A stretch of 44,968 nucleotides of DNA, from NCBI GenBank assembly GCA_903832105.1, contig CAILAO010000667.1, positions 1-44,968 of the forward strand, given 5' to 3'. Each line of letters starts with the position of its first letter. Within the stretch, counting starts at the first letter, position 1. Positions 1 to 11,300 of this stretch are shown in pieces. The notes under the pieces were generated by a model that ran no database searches, had not been told where the DNA came from, and saw nothing but the letters and a program-made list of their open reading frames with translations. Both the position numbers and the translations under genes were made by a program. The stretch is from an uncultured Pseudomonadota bacterium (GTDB lineage: Bacteria; Bdellovibrionota_B; Oligoflexia; Oligoflexales; CAILAO01).

Positions 1-36
1 ATTAAAAGAATTAATTAAAAAATTAATTACCCAGCA

Positions 37-61
37 TACCCAGTTCTGGGTACTATTTTTT
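37..61 (+). terminator. candidate rho-independent terminator of a gene upstream of the window
   Basis: TACCCA(37-42)-GTTC-TGGGTA(47-52) hairpin followed by CTATTTTTT. Confidence 0.4.
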
Positions 62-323
62 GTACTGTCTTGGATTTCTTCAATGATTAGAGCGGAATAA
101 CGATTCAATAAGACTACCGTTACCTCCACTCCAGCAAGTTCCTGATTTAATTAAGTTCAGAACCATCCCAGCATTTCGGACACAGAGTTACCTCCATCAA
201 AAATACGTCGTTGAAGGCCTTTCTACAAGGCAAATTGCTGCTGAGAATTTTACCTCCAAAGAGGTCATCCGAACTCAGCTGATTAGGTTCAACATCCCTC
301 TTCGTGAACCGCACAAGACGGGT

Positions 324-605
324 GTGAGAAACGCCTCTGCAAGGTTCGGTACACGTCGGAAGCACGGTAAGCTTATTGAGAACATGGTCGAAGCGCGTGT
401 TGTCAAAGCTATGGTTGACATGCACAACCAGGGCATGTCGCTTAGGCAGATCGGGGCTTTCTTGACTCAGGTGGGGGTGCCGACTAAGAAGATGGGCATG
501 GGGTGGCATCCAGAGACGGTGCGGAGAATTCTTGAAATAGTTCGTGGCTCAAAGAAAGAGAGCATCACTAGCGAACTTGTCGAAGTTTCTCGCAACATGA
601 AGTAG
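324..605 (+). CDS. double-HTH DNA-binding protein resembling the recombinase-domain HTH of large serine recombinases; possibly a gene remnant
   Basis: Frame is open from 87 but has no ATG before GTG 324. The upstream in-frame part reads LHQKYVVEGLSTRQIAAENFTSKEVIRTQL (HTH-like). The ORF reads EARVVKAMVDMHNQGMSLRQIGAFLTQVGVPTKKMGMGWHPETVRRIL, the pattern of the serine-recombinase recombinase domain. No catalytic domain is present. Confidence 0.4.
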   Translation: MRNASARFGTRRKHGKLIENMVEARVVKAMVDMHNQGMSLRQIGAFLTQVGVPTKKMGMGWHPETVRRILEIVRGSKKESITSELVEVSRNMK

Positions 606-865
606 GAAATCTTGACGGAATTTTTATGGCCACCAAGATGAATTATTAATCAATTCAAGATCGGAGTTAAAGACATCTATCACCGTTGGCAGCATTGGGC
701 GAAATTCTAGCTATTAGCCAAATCGAAAACAGCCTTGCAACTTGCAACTTGGGGGCCGACCACCTCCAAGTTTCATCAACGCAGTGCTGTCATCGAAATG
801 CGTTTGTTATTAGCCTCGTGGTTCATCTGTTACCGCCATCTTGGCAAAAGTAGTGCATTTTCAAG

Positions 866-3800
866 TTACATTTTTGCGGAGAGACATGCGGCAAGCGGAT
901 TTTGATCCCGTGAAATGGAAGCTGCCCTGTAGTCGTTATCGGTCAAAGGGGCTCCCCGGACTGTAAGTAACCATGCTTCCAAATATGGATCTCCCCAAGT
1001 AAGAAGACGGACACCTTCTTTGCCTGGTCGTTTCGTCCCATCGATATCTTCTGTTGGACCAGAGGGTGGGTGGCGATCTGCCAGTTCTCCGTTAAACGTG
1101 GCCAGTATTTCTTCAGACGAATTGACCCCCAAATGCTGAGGAGCATGTATCCAAGTGATTGATAGGCAGCCAAGTGTTCCGTCAGTCGTCTGTGCAAAGT
1201 CAGCATCAGGTTCAGGGACTTGACGGATCGTCATTCCCTGTGTGGGATGCTGAAGACACCAATATGCAAGTTGCTCTTGAGATGTATCAGATCGCGCTCC
1301 ACTTTGTATTGCCTCAAGGTCGAACTGCCCTGCTAACCCTTGAATTGCATCGGCAAGAGCTGGATTGGACTGATTTCCTGATTTTTCAAGCTGTTGGATA
1401 GCCTCTTCTCTTTCGATTTCACCTTGTGCAAGTTTTCTAAAAATCCTCGGCATTTCAGCCAAAATAGGCTGGAGCGGTCCGACGACATTTTCAAACACAC
1501 CGATGCGGTCCTTTAAGGCGAAGTAGGTATCTTCCTCGATAGTACCCCTGAAATACAGATTCGATACGAGCACGAATTTCGCATTTTGCCCTATCCGGTC
1601 GATCCTACCGATCCTTTGCTCGACACGCATGGGGTTCCAGGGTAGATCGAAGTTAATCAGAGCTGAGAATTCCTGTAGGTTAAGACCCTCTGAGGCTGCA
1701 TCGGTTCCTAATAGAATATCAATTGCTCGGGGATGGTTGCTTTTACAACGTCTTTTTACCTCAGCCTTGTCAACAATTTTCCAGGTATTGGATTGCGTGT
1801 CCCAGACTTCACCCCCTCTTCCAGAATAGCAAGCGATCTTATTGCCAAATCGCGCAACTAACTTATCGCGAATGAAATCCAACGTATCGAGATATTGGGT
1901 AAAGACGATTACTCGTAGGTTCTGTTGCCGTAAGCTCAAGAGCTTGTTTCTGAATTCAAGGAATTTACTTTCATCACCGAGGTGTGAAAGCTGATCAATG
2001 TAGTCCTGTAAATATATCCTTTCTGCTTCGAGTTTCGCCCGTGATTTTGGATCTTGGTAAAGTTGTCTTAATCGAGCTACTTCTTGATCAACAACTGCGG
2101 GAAAGTCAACACTGTCGTCATCATCTTCACCCTCTCCTAAGGCTCTTCTCTGTTTATCTTCTATTTCTTGTTCCAGGTCATTTTGAATAGCGAAAATCAG
2201 ATCGCGTCGGCGTTCAAGACTTTTTCGAAACGCGGCGAATGAACTCGCAAGTCTTTTACGGAATACTGCCATCAAAAAACCGACACCGCTGCGCTGACTT
2301 GGTGCAAGGTCGGCGAGGCGATAAAATCTGGAACAAAGTTCGTCAATACGTCGGTACAACGCTTCTTCAGCGGGAGACTTGAAGTCAACTGGAATGTCTT
2401 CGGGTTTTCGCTCCGCCAACCCAGCCCGAAGTAACCCCTTGCTTTTGTATGCTTTCAAGGTTTCGCGAGTATGTCGAAACATGTAAACCGCAAGAGGAGT
2501 TTGGCGTGCGATGTAGGGCGTCATGGCCTCAGCCTGTTCGCTAGTCAAATTCCGAAGTGACAGCGCGAGTGCAGGGCTTCGATTGTTAAGGTTTTGGAGC
2601 AACGCCGTCCAATTTAAGTTTGTCCAGCAGCTAGAAGGTTGTTGGGGCGGCAAAGCTGGAGCTCCCATTTTCACTGCAACACGGGTCATATCAATAACTG
2701 AGGATCTATCATTTACTGATGATGAGAAAATGCGCAGATTTTCAAAAAAGTTTTCGAAATCTCGCAATGATTGCCATGGACCCCATTTTGGATCATTCAA
2801 GCCCACTAAATCCAGCAAATCATGGACCTCATGTGAGGAAAGTTGCATTGGTGTAGCTGTAAGCAACCAAAGGCATTCATATAGTCGGCGATGTTTCAGC
2901 CCTTGAAGCAAACGAAGAAACTGATTCGGTTCATTTTGGCTGAATACTTGCCTTCTTGCTGCATGTGCTTCGTCGACGAGCACCGCATCCCACTTTGGTG
3001 CGCTGAATACCGCCTGCAATCGGTCTTGTCTTGCTATGAGGTGCCTGCTCACTATAATCAAGCCATCTTCAGCCCATGGATTGGATGTCCTTCGAGTTCG
3101 TCCTCCAACGTCCTCCAGAAGCAGACCATCGTAATACCAAGCAGTCAGAGCAAACTTTTCTCGAAGTTCCTCCATCCATTGGCGAATCAGGTTTTTTGGC
3201 GCAATCAATAAGACCCGCTGCAATTTCCCAGAAAGGATCAACGAACGCAGGACTAAACCACCTTCAATCGTCTTTCCTAGGCCAACTTCATCACAAAATA
3301 AGTAAGATCGAGGGAAGTTCTTGACCGCTAACCGACGGATTTTTGCTTGATGTGGAAACGGTTCGAATGGGTGTCCATCCACCCAAATTGGATTAAGAAT
3401 GTGCGACTCGCCATTTGACCTCTTGGGAGCGTCGATCAGCCATTGAGCGCAAATCCTGACATACTGGTCAATTGTTGGTGTTGTTGCGCCTTCACGGCTC
3501 AAGGGCTCGGTTGGGACGCCATCGGGCCGTTCAAACGCTCTTAAATGATCCTTTACAGCTTTCGGCAAGGGTAAAACTAATAAGCCGGCGTCATCGCCGT
3601 TCCAGATTTGTTCAAATCTCTCAATCGAGACCTGGATATCTTCCCGGTCAAGTTCATGAAACCAGCTTCGTTTGACCGAAAACTCTTCGCGATTTCTTGT
3701 CCAAGCGGCACTCGTTTCGTTTACAGACCCACTGAATTCGATGATGTTTCCATCGCTGTCGTAAAGGACGCCGACTTTGGGGTGAAATAAAGCACCTCCC

Positions 3801-4297
3801 TGACCTGGATAGCAAGGACGACCGGACATATCTAAGGGCAGTGCAATACGTACATCGAGAAGCCCGGTTGCAACCATCCATGCAAGGGCCCCGAGTCTGT
3901 CCCTGGCAATTGGATCCGCTTCTGGACTCCACCCTTTTGGCAGCCCTAGCCGAATGCAGTCAATATCCGACAAATTTAGGCGAGAAATTGCTGTGGTCTC
4001 GAGAGATTGTTCAAGTGCTTTTCTACCTTTTTGATATGCCTCTATATCTTCATTCGACCAAGTCGTACCCGTGATTAACCTCATTGGTGGGATCGACTGT
4101 TGTGGCAATTCCCGAACATTACTGATGAAGGCAGAAAGGCCGGTCGCAATTTGGATGAAAATGGTGGAATCAAAATAACCCGCCTGGCGATCATAGCGAA
4201 CTGCTTTACTGAGTATGGGTAAATAAAAATCGTTGACCAACATCCCGGCCTGGCCAGCATAATTGCGTTTAATATTAGTTAGGGAAGTGAAACTCAA
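866..4297 (-). CDS. PLD(HKD)-nuclease / SNF2-family helicase fusion protein
   Basis: 1143-aa ORF. N-terminal HxK motif FHPKVGVL...GSVNET. SNF2 motifs DEVGLGKT (I), VLVDEAH (II), LLTATPMQ (III) and GLNLQ..FDLPWNP..QRIGRIDRIGQ (V/VI). TTG start lies 6 nt after GGGAG and 3 nt after the upstream stop. Confidence 0.9.
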   Translation of the reverse strand: MSFTSLTNIKRNYAGQAGMLVNDFYLPILSKAVRYDRQAGYFDSTIFIQIATGLSAFISNVRELPQQSIPPMRLITGTTWSNEDIEAYQKGRKALEQSLETTAISRLNLSDIDCIRLGLPKGWSPEADPIARDRLGALAWMVATGLLDVRIALPLDMSGRPCYPGQGGALFHPKVGVLYDSDGNIIEFSGSVNETSAAWTRNREEFSVKRSWFHELDREDIQVSIERFEQIWNGDDAGLLVLPLPKAVKDHLRAFERPDGVPTEPLSREGATTPTIDQYVRICAQWLIDAPKRSNGESHILNPIWVDGHPFEPFPHQAKIRRLAVKNFPRSYLFCDEVGLGKTIEGGLVLRSLILSGKLQRVLLIAPKNLIRQWMEELREKFALTAWYYDGLLLEDVGGRTRRTSNPWAEDGLIIVSRHLIARQDRLQAVFSAPKWDAVLVDEAHAARRQVFSQNEPNQFLRLLQGLKHRRLYECLWLLTATPMQLSSHEVHDLLDLVGLNDPKWGPWQSLRDFENFFENLRIFSSSVNDRSSVIDMTRVAVKMGAPALPPQQPSSCWTNLNWTALLQNLNNRSPALALSLRNLTSEQAEAMTPYIARQTPLAVYMFRHTRETLKAYKSKGLLRAGLAERKPEDIPVDFKSPAEEALYRRIDELCSRFYRLADLAPSQRSGVGFLMAVFRKRLASSFAAFRKSLERRRDLIFAIQNDLEQEIEDKQRRALGEGEDDDDSVDFPAVVDQEVARLRQLYQDPKSRAKLEAERIYLQDYIDQLSHLGDESKFLEFRNKLLSLRQQNLRVIVFTQYLDTLDFIRDKLVARFGNKIACYSGRGGEVWDTQSNTWKIVDKAEVKRRCKSNHPRAIDILLGTDAASEGLNLQEFSALINFDLPWNPMRVEQRIGRIDRIGQNAKFVLVSNLYFRGTIEEDTYFALKDRIGVFENVVGPLQPILAEMPRIFRKLAQGEIEREEAIQQLEKSGNQSNPALADAIQGLAGQFDLEAIQSGARSDTSQEQLAYWCLQHPTQGMTIRQVPEPDADFAQTTDGTLGCLSITWIHAPQHLGVNSSEEILATFNGELADRHPPSGPTEDIDGTKRPGKEGVRLLTWGDPYLEAWLLTVRGAPLTDNDYRAASISRDQNPLAACLSAKM

Positions 4298-4300
4298 TTG

Positions 4301-7300
4301 CTACTCCCGCCAATCTCGGATCGCCAAGTCCCAGGCTCTTTTTGCAGCTACTATACATTTTTTCCATTCGTCTGCATCAGGCCGACGGTCAAATGCGGTT
4401 TGCAAAAGGTGCAGTGTGACTGCATACGCTCCTTTGAATTCGGTTGATGACCCATACTGACTTTCACGCATCCATTTTTTAAGTGGTTCGACCCCACTTT
4501 CTTGATTATCGGTCCCAGCCATAATTGAAATGGCATTCCAAACTGCGGCGCCCACGAAGTTGGCAAATTTTCTCTCAGTCCAATCACTCCCTCCTCTAGA
4601 GTTGCGCCCTCTGATACTTTCTCCAGATAACTGGCGAGAAAGGAGGTTCAGATCGACAGCAATTGGTGATTTCAGTGTAAAAATATCGGATTCAGTTTTG
4701 ACAAGATGCATTGATTTAAAGGCGTCTGGTTCGATGTTTAGGGACTTTGAGAGTTTCCGCACATCATCACTGTCAGCGACTTCACCTTGGAATGTATCCA
4801 ACCACAGCCACAATGCCTGTGTATTTCGATCAACGGTATCCGCTGTAAACTCACCATCAATATCTCCTGCTTTATTGCTAATCTCCTGTAGAATTTGATC
4901 GAGGCGAAACTTCGCAACCGCTCCGTATGCTTCTTCGAGTGCTTCCGTCAGGTCGAGCGTGTCACCACGTAAATTGGTGATCGGCCAATGCCGTCCAACC
5001 TCACCCAAAGCAGGTCCAAGAGCTGACAAATATAGATCAGTACCGAAGATCCCTTGACTCTGGAATTGGCTAGCCGCATTTCGTGCAACTTCTGCAACTT
5101 TTCTGCGTACGCGGTCCCAATTCCCCGTGACCTGGGAAGTCTGCTCGCGTGGAATACAAAGCAGCAATACTGTACTTCTCGCTGCGTCCAATCCACGAAC
5201 ATTCAAGCTGCTTTCAGCTTCAGTATGGACCGGAATCGAAGTCTTAATATCGAAACCTGCCTCAATAAGTGCACGACCCAAGGCTCTCCAAGCTTTGGTC
5301 ATTTTGTGATTGAACATCACGACCATTCGACCTGCTGGATGGAGAAGTATGCGAGCGCGGCGGAATACAGCGGCCATCTTCGATTCGTAAAATTGCTCTG
5401 CTCGTTCTGCTGCTGTCAATGGCTTTGGTCCAGCTGCTGTAGCTGCGAGTTTTTTACGATCCGAGATGGTTAATTTTTTGCCATTTTCCGACTTTGTATT
5501 GGCAAGTTTTTCATATTCTGCTGAGTACAGGGTGTTCCAGTCAGCTAAAGATTTATCTGCGTCAGCCTTCCAACGAACATTATTAGCGACTGCTTCGCGA
5601 TTTGTTTCGGCGAGTTCCTCTCTAAAAAACTCCTCAAGTCCAGGAAAATCATGTAATGCGCGCTTTAACCACACATAGAAGAAATTCGACAATTCTGAAT
5701 ACTGGATATTGTTATAATAAGGGGGATCTACGCAGATTAGATGGACTGTACCTGGGGCGGGAGTTTCTAATTGGCTGGCATCGTTGTTGGTGATTACCGG
5801 GACAATCACCTCGGGGCGGATAGTGTGCTTTGCGCCGCCCTCAGATGTTTTGGTTTCAATGGTACTGTCATCTTCGAGATCAGAATCTATTTCTTCGCTC
5901 TGCTCGGTTTCGTCGTCCTCAACTCCATCACTAGAGTCGTCGTCGCCGCCTCCAAGAGTCACATGCTCACCGTGGATCAAACCTGCAATCTGGGTGTACG
6001 CGCCAATTACCTGTGAAGCTCCCCACATCACAGTCTCTCGTGCACCTTCGAATTCGCAAAATGCCGGTCTGAATGCGAAATCGTGACGAGAAAACGTTTG
6101 AGTCACGGTTTTTCTACCATAGTGCCAAAATGTGTTTACACTATTGTAATTAACGACCTTGCTAACGATGAAGGCAAGGTACACTGATACAGCTTCGGCC
6201 TCATCAGGAGGCAATTCCTCACGAGCCTGCTGAGATGCCTTTCTTACTTCGTCGAGCACGGTCACAGCCACTAGCAGCTGACGGGGAAGAAAAAAATCTC
6301 TCCACCTGGACATCCCATACTCTCGAGGTCTTTTGTCCTCCATGATCTCTGGTACATTTTCCGAAGGAATTAGATCAGCCCAACGCGCTTCGTTTGCGGT
6401 CAACTCTTTTTCGGCTGCTCGGACAGCAGCTATGTCGGCCTCAGTTGGTACGCGGAATCTCCACATGAAACGGGTCTTTATCGATCCGTCCCTATAAGTC
6501 AGTTTTACTGGTACCTGAGAACAGACAGCATACATCTGTGCAGGAAGCCCACCTGGGGTCGCCTGCGCTGTTCGCTTTACGATGGATTCATCGACGACTT
6601 GCGCGCATCGTGGGCAGGTCGCATGACCGCCTTTAAAAGTCGGTGTGTTCCGCGGGTGCCAAGCATCTGATCCAAGGCTTGGCCATTTGCAATCCTTCCA
6701 TTCATCGACACCTACAATTTTGAATGTGCAGTCATTCCCTTGTTCTTTTGTAGGTACCTCTGGGAAAGCTGCCACTGATGCGGCAGGCTTCCCCTTTTTG
6801 GTGACAATGTGGAAATTTGTGCTGAGGGGGATATTGAGCGCACACCTCGTGCAAGGGACAGTGCGGCACCATAGCATTGCTTGTATTCGTTCGCTTCCTC
6901 CAGCTTCATGATTGGCAATGCTTTTGGAGTCAAAATGCTTCAATGCCTCTGATTTTGTCGAAGGCCACCAAGCGTCGCCTGCAAGACGAAAAAAGAAACT
7001 TTGCAATCTCGTCTCCACACCTGATGCCACGTATTGGCAGTATTTGGCAATTTTCCCTACCAATTCAGTGCAATGGCGGGCCGGGTATTCCAAAGTGGCT
7101 TTTTCTACGATTGCGGCAACAGGGTTAAGATCATTCGCATAGACTTTTAGGCCGTGACGAATTCCTTCCAAGGGAATGGCACCGCCGCCAGCCATAAAAT
7201 CGAGCATCACAACTGGCTGATCTTCTGGCAGCCGCAATAGTGACCTTGACTCATGAAGCAGGTGTTCTATTAAAGAGGAAGTCGGCGAAACTGTAAATGC

Positions 7301-7786
7301 AGGAGAGTGATTGTAAGCCCACCCGGCAGGGAGATGGATTGGTTTGTTTCCAATCAAATAGTTTTTCGATTCGGCAATCCGTCGGTAAGCAGCATCAGTA
7401 TCAGCATGAATACCAAGCGAACGCAACAAATCTCTGTGGGTTTTAGTTAGTGTTGTTGGATTGACTTCGGAAAGTAATTTTTGGAAAAAATCCCTGTGCT
7501 GTCGGAATTTATCGGGTAAATTCTCCAAATCTGTCAGACTCGGTTCTTGGAGTGCAGGAGGTAGCAGATCATCCGGTATTTTGAAGTCATGCGGTAGCAG
7601 CGCAGACAGAATTCCCACTCTGCATACCGTCGGTGGACGCCGTGCCCACCAAATGTGTAATCTGTTCTGAGGTGGTCGCTGCCGTGCGTTGTTATCCCTT
7701 TGACATTCTGCTGAAAGCGATGAGCACGGAAGTCCTGCTTCCATCAGAGATGGTTTTGTCTTTACAAAGTTTTGGCTCAAAATCAA
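4301..7786 (-). CDS. DUF1156-type amino (N6-A/N4-C) DNA methyltransferase-like protein
   Basis: 1161-aa ORF. LHIWWARRPP signature near the N-terminus, SAM-binding-like MLDFMAGGGAIPLEG..ANDLNP, catalytic ICVDPPYYN. ATGA overlap with the upstream gene. Confidence 0.85.
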   Translation of the reverse strand: MILSQNFVKTKPSLMEAGLPCSSLSAECQRDNNARQRPPQNRLHIWWARRPPTVCRVGILSALLPHDFKIPDDLLPPALQEPSLTDLENLPDKFRQHRDFFQKLLSEVNPTTLTKTHRDLLRSLGIHADTDAAYRRIAESKNYLIGNKPIHLPAGWAYNHSPAFTVSPTSSLIEHLLHESRSLLRLPEDQPVVMLDFMAGGGAIPLEGIRHGLKVYANDLNPVAAIVEKATLEYPARHCTELVGKIAKYCQYVASGVETRLQSFFFRLAGDAWWPSTKSEALKHFDSKSIANHEAGGSERIQAMLWCRTVPCTRCALNIPLSTNFHIVTKKGKPAASVAAFPEVPTKEQGNDCTFKIVGVDEWKDCKWPSLGSDAWHPRNTPTFKGGHATCPRCAQVVDESIVKRTAQATPGGLPAQMYAVCSQVPVKLTYRDGSIKTRFMWRFRVPTEADIAAVRAAEKELTANEARWADLIPSENVPEIMEDKRPREYGMSRWRDFFLPRQLLVAVTVLDEVRKASQQAREELPPDEAEAVSVYLAFIVSKVVNYNSVNTFWHYGRKTVTQTFSRHDFAFRPAFCEFEGARETVMWGASQVIGAYTQIAGLIHGEHVTLGGGDDDSSDGVEDDETEQSEEIDSDLEDDSTIETKTSEGGAKHTIRPEVIVPVITNNDASQLETPAPGTVHLICVDPPYYNNIQYSELSNFFYVWLKRALHDFPGLEEFFREELAETNREAVANNVRWKADADKSLADWNTLYSAEYEKLANTKSENGKKLTISDRKKLAATAAGPKPLTAAERAEQFYESKMAAVFRRARILLHPAGRMVVMFNHKMTKAWRALGRALIEAGFDIKTSIPVHTEAESSLNVRGLDAARSTVLLLCIPREQTSQVTGNWDRVRRKVAEVARNAASQFQSQGIFGTDLYLSALGPALGEVGRHWPITNLRGDTLDLTEALEEAYGAVAKFRLDQILQEISNKAGDIDGEFTADTVDRNTQALWLWLDTFQGEVADSDDVRKLSKSLNIEPDAFKSMHLVKTESDIFTLKSPIAVDLNLLSRQLSGESIRGRNSRGGSDWTERKFANFVGAAVWNAISIMAGTDNQESGVEPLKKWMRESQYGSSTEFKGAYAVTLHLLQTAFDRRPDADEWKKCIVAAKRAWDLAIRDWRE

Positions 7787-8397
7787 TCCTCGATAGAATC
7801 ATTAAACAAGGGAGCATTGTTCTCGTGTTTGAAGAGGACCTGCTGTACCTGTTCATTAGGTAGTTTTCGTTTCGGCCCTTCGATTGTCGGTTTCCGATCA
7901 ACCAGTCCTTTCGATGGAGATCCCTCATCGAGTTCCGCGAACCTTTCATCGGTTTGCTCAAAAGTGAGCAGAGTGCGAAATGCCGCCCTTGCAGCTTGTT
8001 GTCGATAACCATAAAAACACATGGTAAACCAATAAAGCACGACCTCATCTGGCAGTTCCAAAAGTCCCGACTTGAACATGGTTCTTTGAGGGGTTTTCAA
8101 CAGATACCTGGCTGATACAATCGCTAGGGCTAGCTTCATCCCTACGGCATTGGGAACCCAGTTTTCTGAGTCTGGCTTTAGAATGATCGGTATTACATTT
8201 TCCTTACTGCGAGCCTTAGAGTTAATCAACTCGACAATCGACTTAAGCGTGTCAATTGAATCGCTAGAATTGGCAGATCCCAAAACTATTGCGGCTGCCT
8301 TTGTGGTCATACGATCGGACAAGTTGGGATGCATCTGGATCTCCCAAACCTGACCTTTTTTTGTGTTTGCTTGTATCGATAAACAAAATTTCTCCAT
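7783..8397 (-). CDS. small protein in the position occupied by DUF3780 in DUF499/DUF1156 loci (assigned by synteny only)
   Basis: 204-aa ORF overlapping the upstream stop by 1 nt and the downstream start by 4 nt. No motif recognised. Confidence 0.55.
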   Translation of the reverse strand: MEKFCLSIQANTKKGQVWEIQMHPNLSDRMTTKAAAIVLGSANSSDSIDTLKSIVELINSKARSKENVIPIILKPDSENWVPNAVGMKLALAIVSARYLLKTPQRTMFKSGLLELPDEVVLYWFTMCFYGYRQQAARAAFRTLLTFEQTDERFAELDEGSPSKGLVDRKPTIEGPKRKLPNEQVQQVLFKHENNAPLFNDSIED

Positions 8398-11300
8398 CAG
8401 TTTTTGCTCCTATTGCGTCGCCTTGCTGGTACCAAGCGGACTGCGATTTGGCCCTGATCTGCATTCATTAGTGAAGTCCTGAATCCCTCTAAATGTTGAT
8501 CCGACAATTTTGGCGGGTCGTCAAACTTAAGGGTTGCAGTGATTGATACTTGCAATTCACCACTTGAGAATGACCAAATTGGAGCCATCAGCGTTTGTAT
8601 GTTTTCAAATTTACCTTCATACATGAGATTTATGGACTCATCCTTTTCACCGGTGTTTCTTCGGCCCTGCGCAGAAAGGGTAGAGTGAATTAAAGCGTTT
8701 TTAGGACGGTCTGCCCATGCAGCCCGTAGAGTATTATCGAAACTCTCTCTGTCCGAGACGCTAATAGTCAATTCAGCGACCCGAATGTCAGGCGACGGTG
8801 CAAGTGCCTCCCAGACTTCAGTCAGTGCCAAGCGGGGAGTATTCACTCGTTCTATGGGTTGAGGTCCGAACCCTGGTCTCAGCGGTGCGAGATTCTCTAT
8901 TAGCTTTTCCGAAGCGCTCTCAACTAGATGATATTCGCCAGCAGGATCAAACCTGACATGGTGAACATCAGCGTCTGTGTAAAACTCCCCTTCATCATTT
9001 TTTTTCCACAGGAACCACACCCGCTCACGGATACCTTCTTTGATGATTTCCTCGAGATCAAATCTCGTGAGGCTCCGCCAAATGTTCCGAGCGTTTCTTT
9101 CAACGTCCTCCATATTCATGCTGAGTGATCCAGCACTCCAACAACGAGCTTTTACATTAATAGCGGTCTGAAGAACAGATGGAGCGTCTGAAATGTCAGG
9201 GCCTGACCTGCGAGGGTAAATCCCCTTTTCTATAGCGGGCTGATACAACCACAGCTCTATAGAGTCGTCGAATCGCGGTTGTGAAGGCCATTCGTTCAAT
9301 TCCTGGGATCCGACCGCAATATTCAGTCCTTTTTGAAAAAGTATCCAACGATTTTCACGGACACCTTCCTGCATCGCGCGCCACAATACAGGGCGGTCTG
9401 GCAGCACTGGGAATAGAGGGCTCTGTTTTGCGGCATCCAACAGCTTCAAAGTCGACACGGTCGGTTTGTGTAAAGTGCCTTCTCTAGGCCAAAGATTATC
9501 TGAGATGTCACTGGTTTTCACAGTTGATACTGGCCGTATATTCTCCCGTATTGCAGCGGCAACATCGTACAAAAAAGTGGTATCGCTCAGTGTTGGGTTG
9601 AGTTCAGCGCTGTTTACGCGTGTGTAGAGTTTCTTCTCCTGTTTATCGTAATAGCTCCACAATGGGTCGGGATTGGTTGCCAATCCAGCCAGAAATGTGG
9701 GCAGGATGTCAGTTTGTTTGAGGACAATGGGAAGGTCTGGCTCTCTGCGCAATCGATCCCATACGTCTGCCGTAGAAATATGGGTTTCTGCCTCAGACCA
9801 CAGAGGGGGTCTTTTAATAATCTCTGCTGCTAACACCAGAGGTTGTGCTGGTGTCGACTCTGGGACAAGTTTCCCATTGTTTCGAAGGCACTGGAGAAGT
9901 GGAGCTTCGGCGGCAGCTCTCCGTGCAGTCCTACGTAAAGAATCCGGACCTTCAGGAACTTCGCCAAAATCAACCCGGTAGCATTCTAAAACGCTTGCTG
10001 GCGTTGAAGAAAAAAGCGATTCGTTTTCCGAGCTGCCGGCACGAGGGCACGCCAGGACTCGGTATGACTCTAGAATTCTGCTTCTGACGTTCACTTCGTG
10101 AATTCCAATGTTTTCCTTCACCTTTATCAAATCATCTTCAAGGGCCATAAATTCAGCGGGGACTCCGGAGACATTGTCGCGTGCCTTTTTCTTCATTTCG
10201 GCAAAATTCACGTTTTCAGTCGTAGCAACATTCTTTTGTTCTTGGATTATGTCCTCCTGAACGTGTTGCCATGCCATGACTGATCGGACTGCTTCTTTCA
10301 ACCCTTCGGTTTTTGTGCCTTCAGCCAGAAGGAAAAGCAGATTGTTGCGATAGATTCTCGGCTCAGAAGATGAACCTCGATTATTGAAAAGAGTTCTAAC
10401 AAAATTCAAGCGCTCAGAGGCTCCTGGCGCGACTGCTCCGACTTCCTTGTCGAAGTGGATGATGGCCAGCCTTAAGTGATCCGAATGGTCGGGAATGGCT
10501 GTCTGGTCAGAGGGAAATGGAATTATTTTAAATACGTTGAAGTTGCTGAAAATTTCTTTGATCCAATCTTCAAGGACACTCTTTACTTCGGCGGGGCGCT
10601 GTCTCAGATCGACGAGACGCTCTTGGAATCGCTTATTCACTGATGCTCTGGTTCGGAAAAGATAGTGAGACCCTTCTTTGCGCATATACCATGCATGTTT
10701 TTCAGTCTCCTCAAGTGCTTTTGGAACGTAGCTCAAGTCAACATCAGGCCGACCGACCGATAATGCGACTTCCGGGGAGGTAATTCCCTTCGATCCATCT
10801 GGCAGGCTATGAAGAAAAGTCACTAATGCTGATTCGGAGGCGGCTTTCCATGGCCAGCTAGTTTCTACATTCATGGAGTGTGTCGTTGCGCTGATACTAA
10901 CAACATCTGCCTCAAGTCCTCTTTCAAAACTCATTCGACCGAGGCGGCTAAGAATCTCGTCTCTAATTTCATTGCGAGTTAAGTCAACATGAAATGGATG
11001 GAGCATAAGCGTGTTGGGAATTGAGATTCTGTTTGCCCATACATACCTGATGAGTTTTGCTACTAATCGCAGAGCACCTCTAGTCGCCTGAAAATCAGGG
11101 ATATCCCCGAGTCGCTCAGCGAAAAGGCTGACCAGTTCTGGATGGAACGGATAGCAGGACTGAATTTGTTCACGATAATTTGGTTCGAAGGCTCGTCCAT
11201 CGATTATTGCCCCAGCATTTCTCTGCTTCTCGTAATACTCTGAATATAATTCGGCGACTTTTGGAGCATCTGCTGTCGAATATGAATCAAAGAGTCTCTT

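Noticed and set aside
1-36. TTAATTAA-rich sequence at the window start and at 42620-42650, considered as terminal repeats of an island
   Set aside because: These are low-complexity AT-rich strings with no extended alignment between them.
147-509. 120-aa minus-strand ORF
   Set aside because: It is antisense to the HTH-like frame, His/Pro/Cys-rich with no motif and no RBS. Most likely a shadow ORF.
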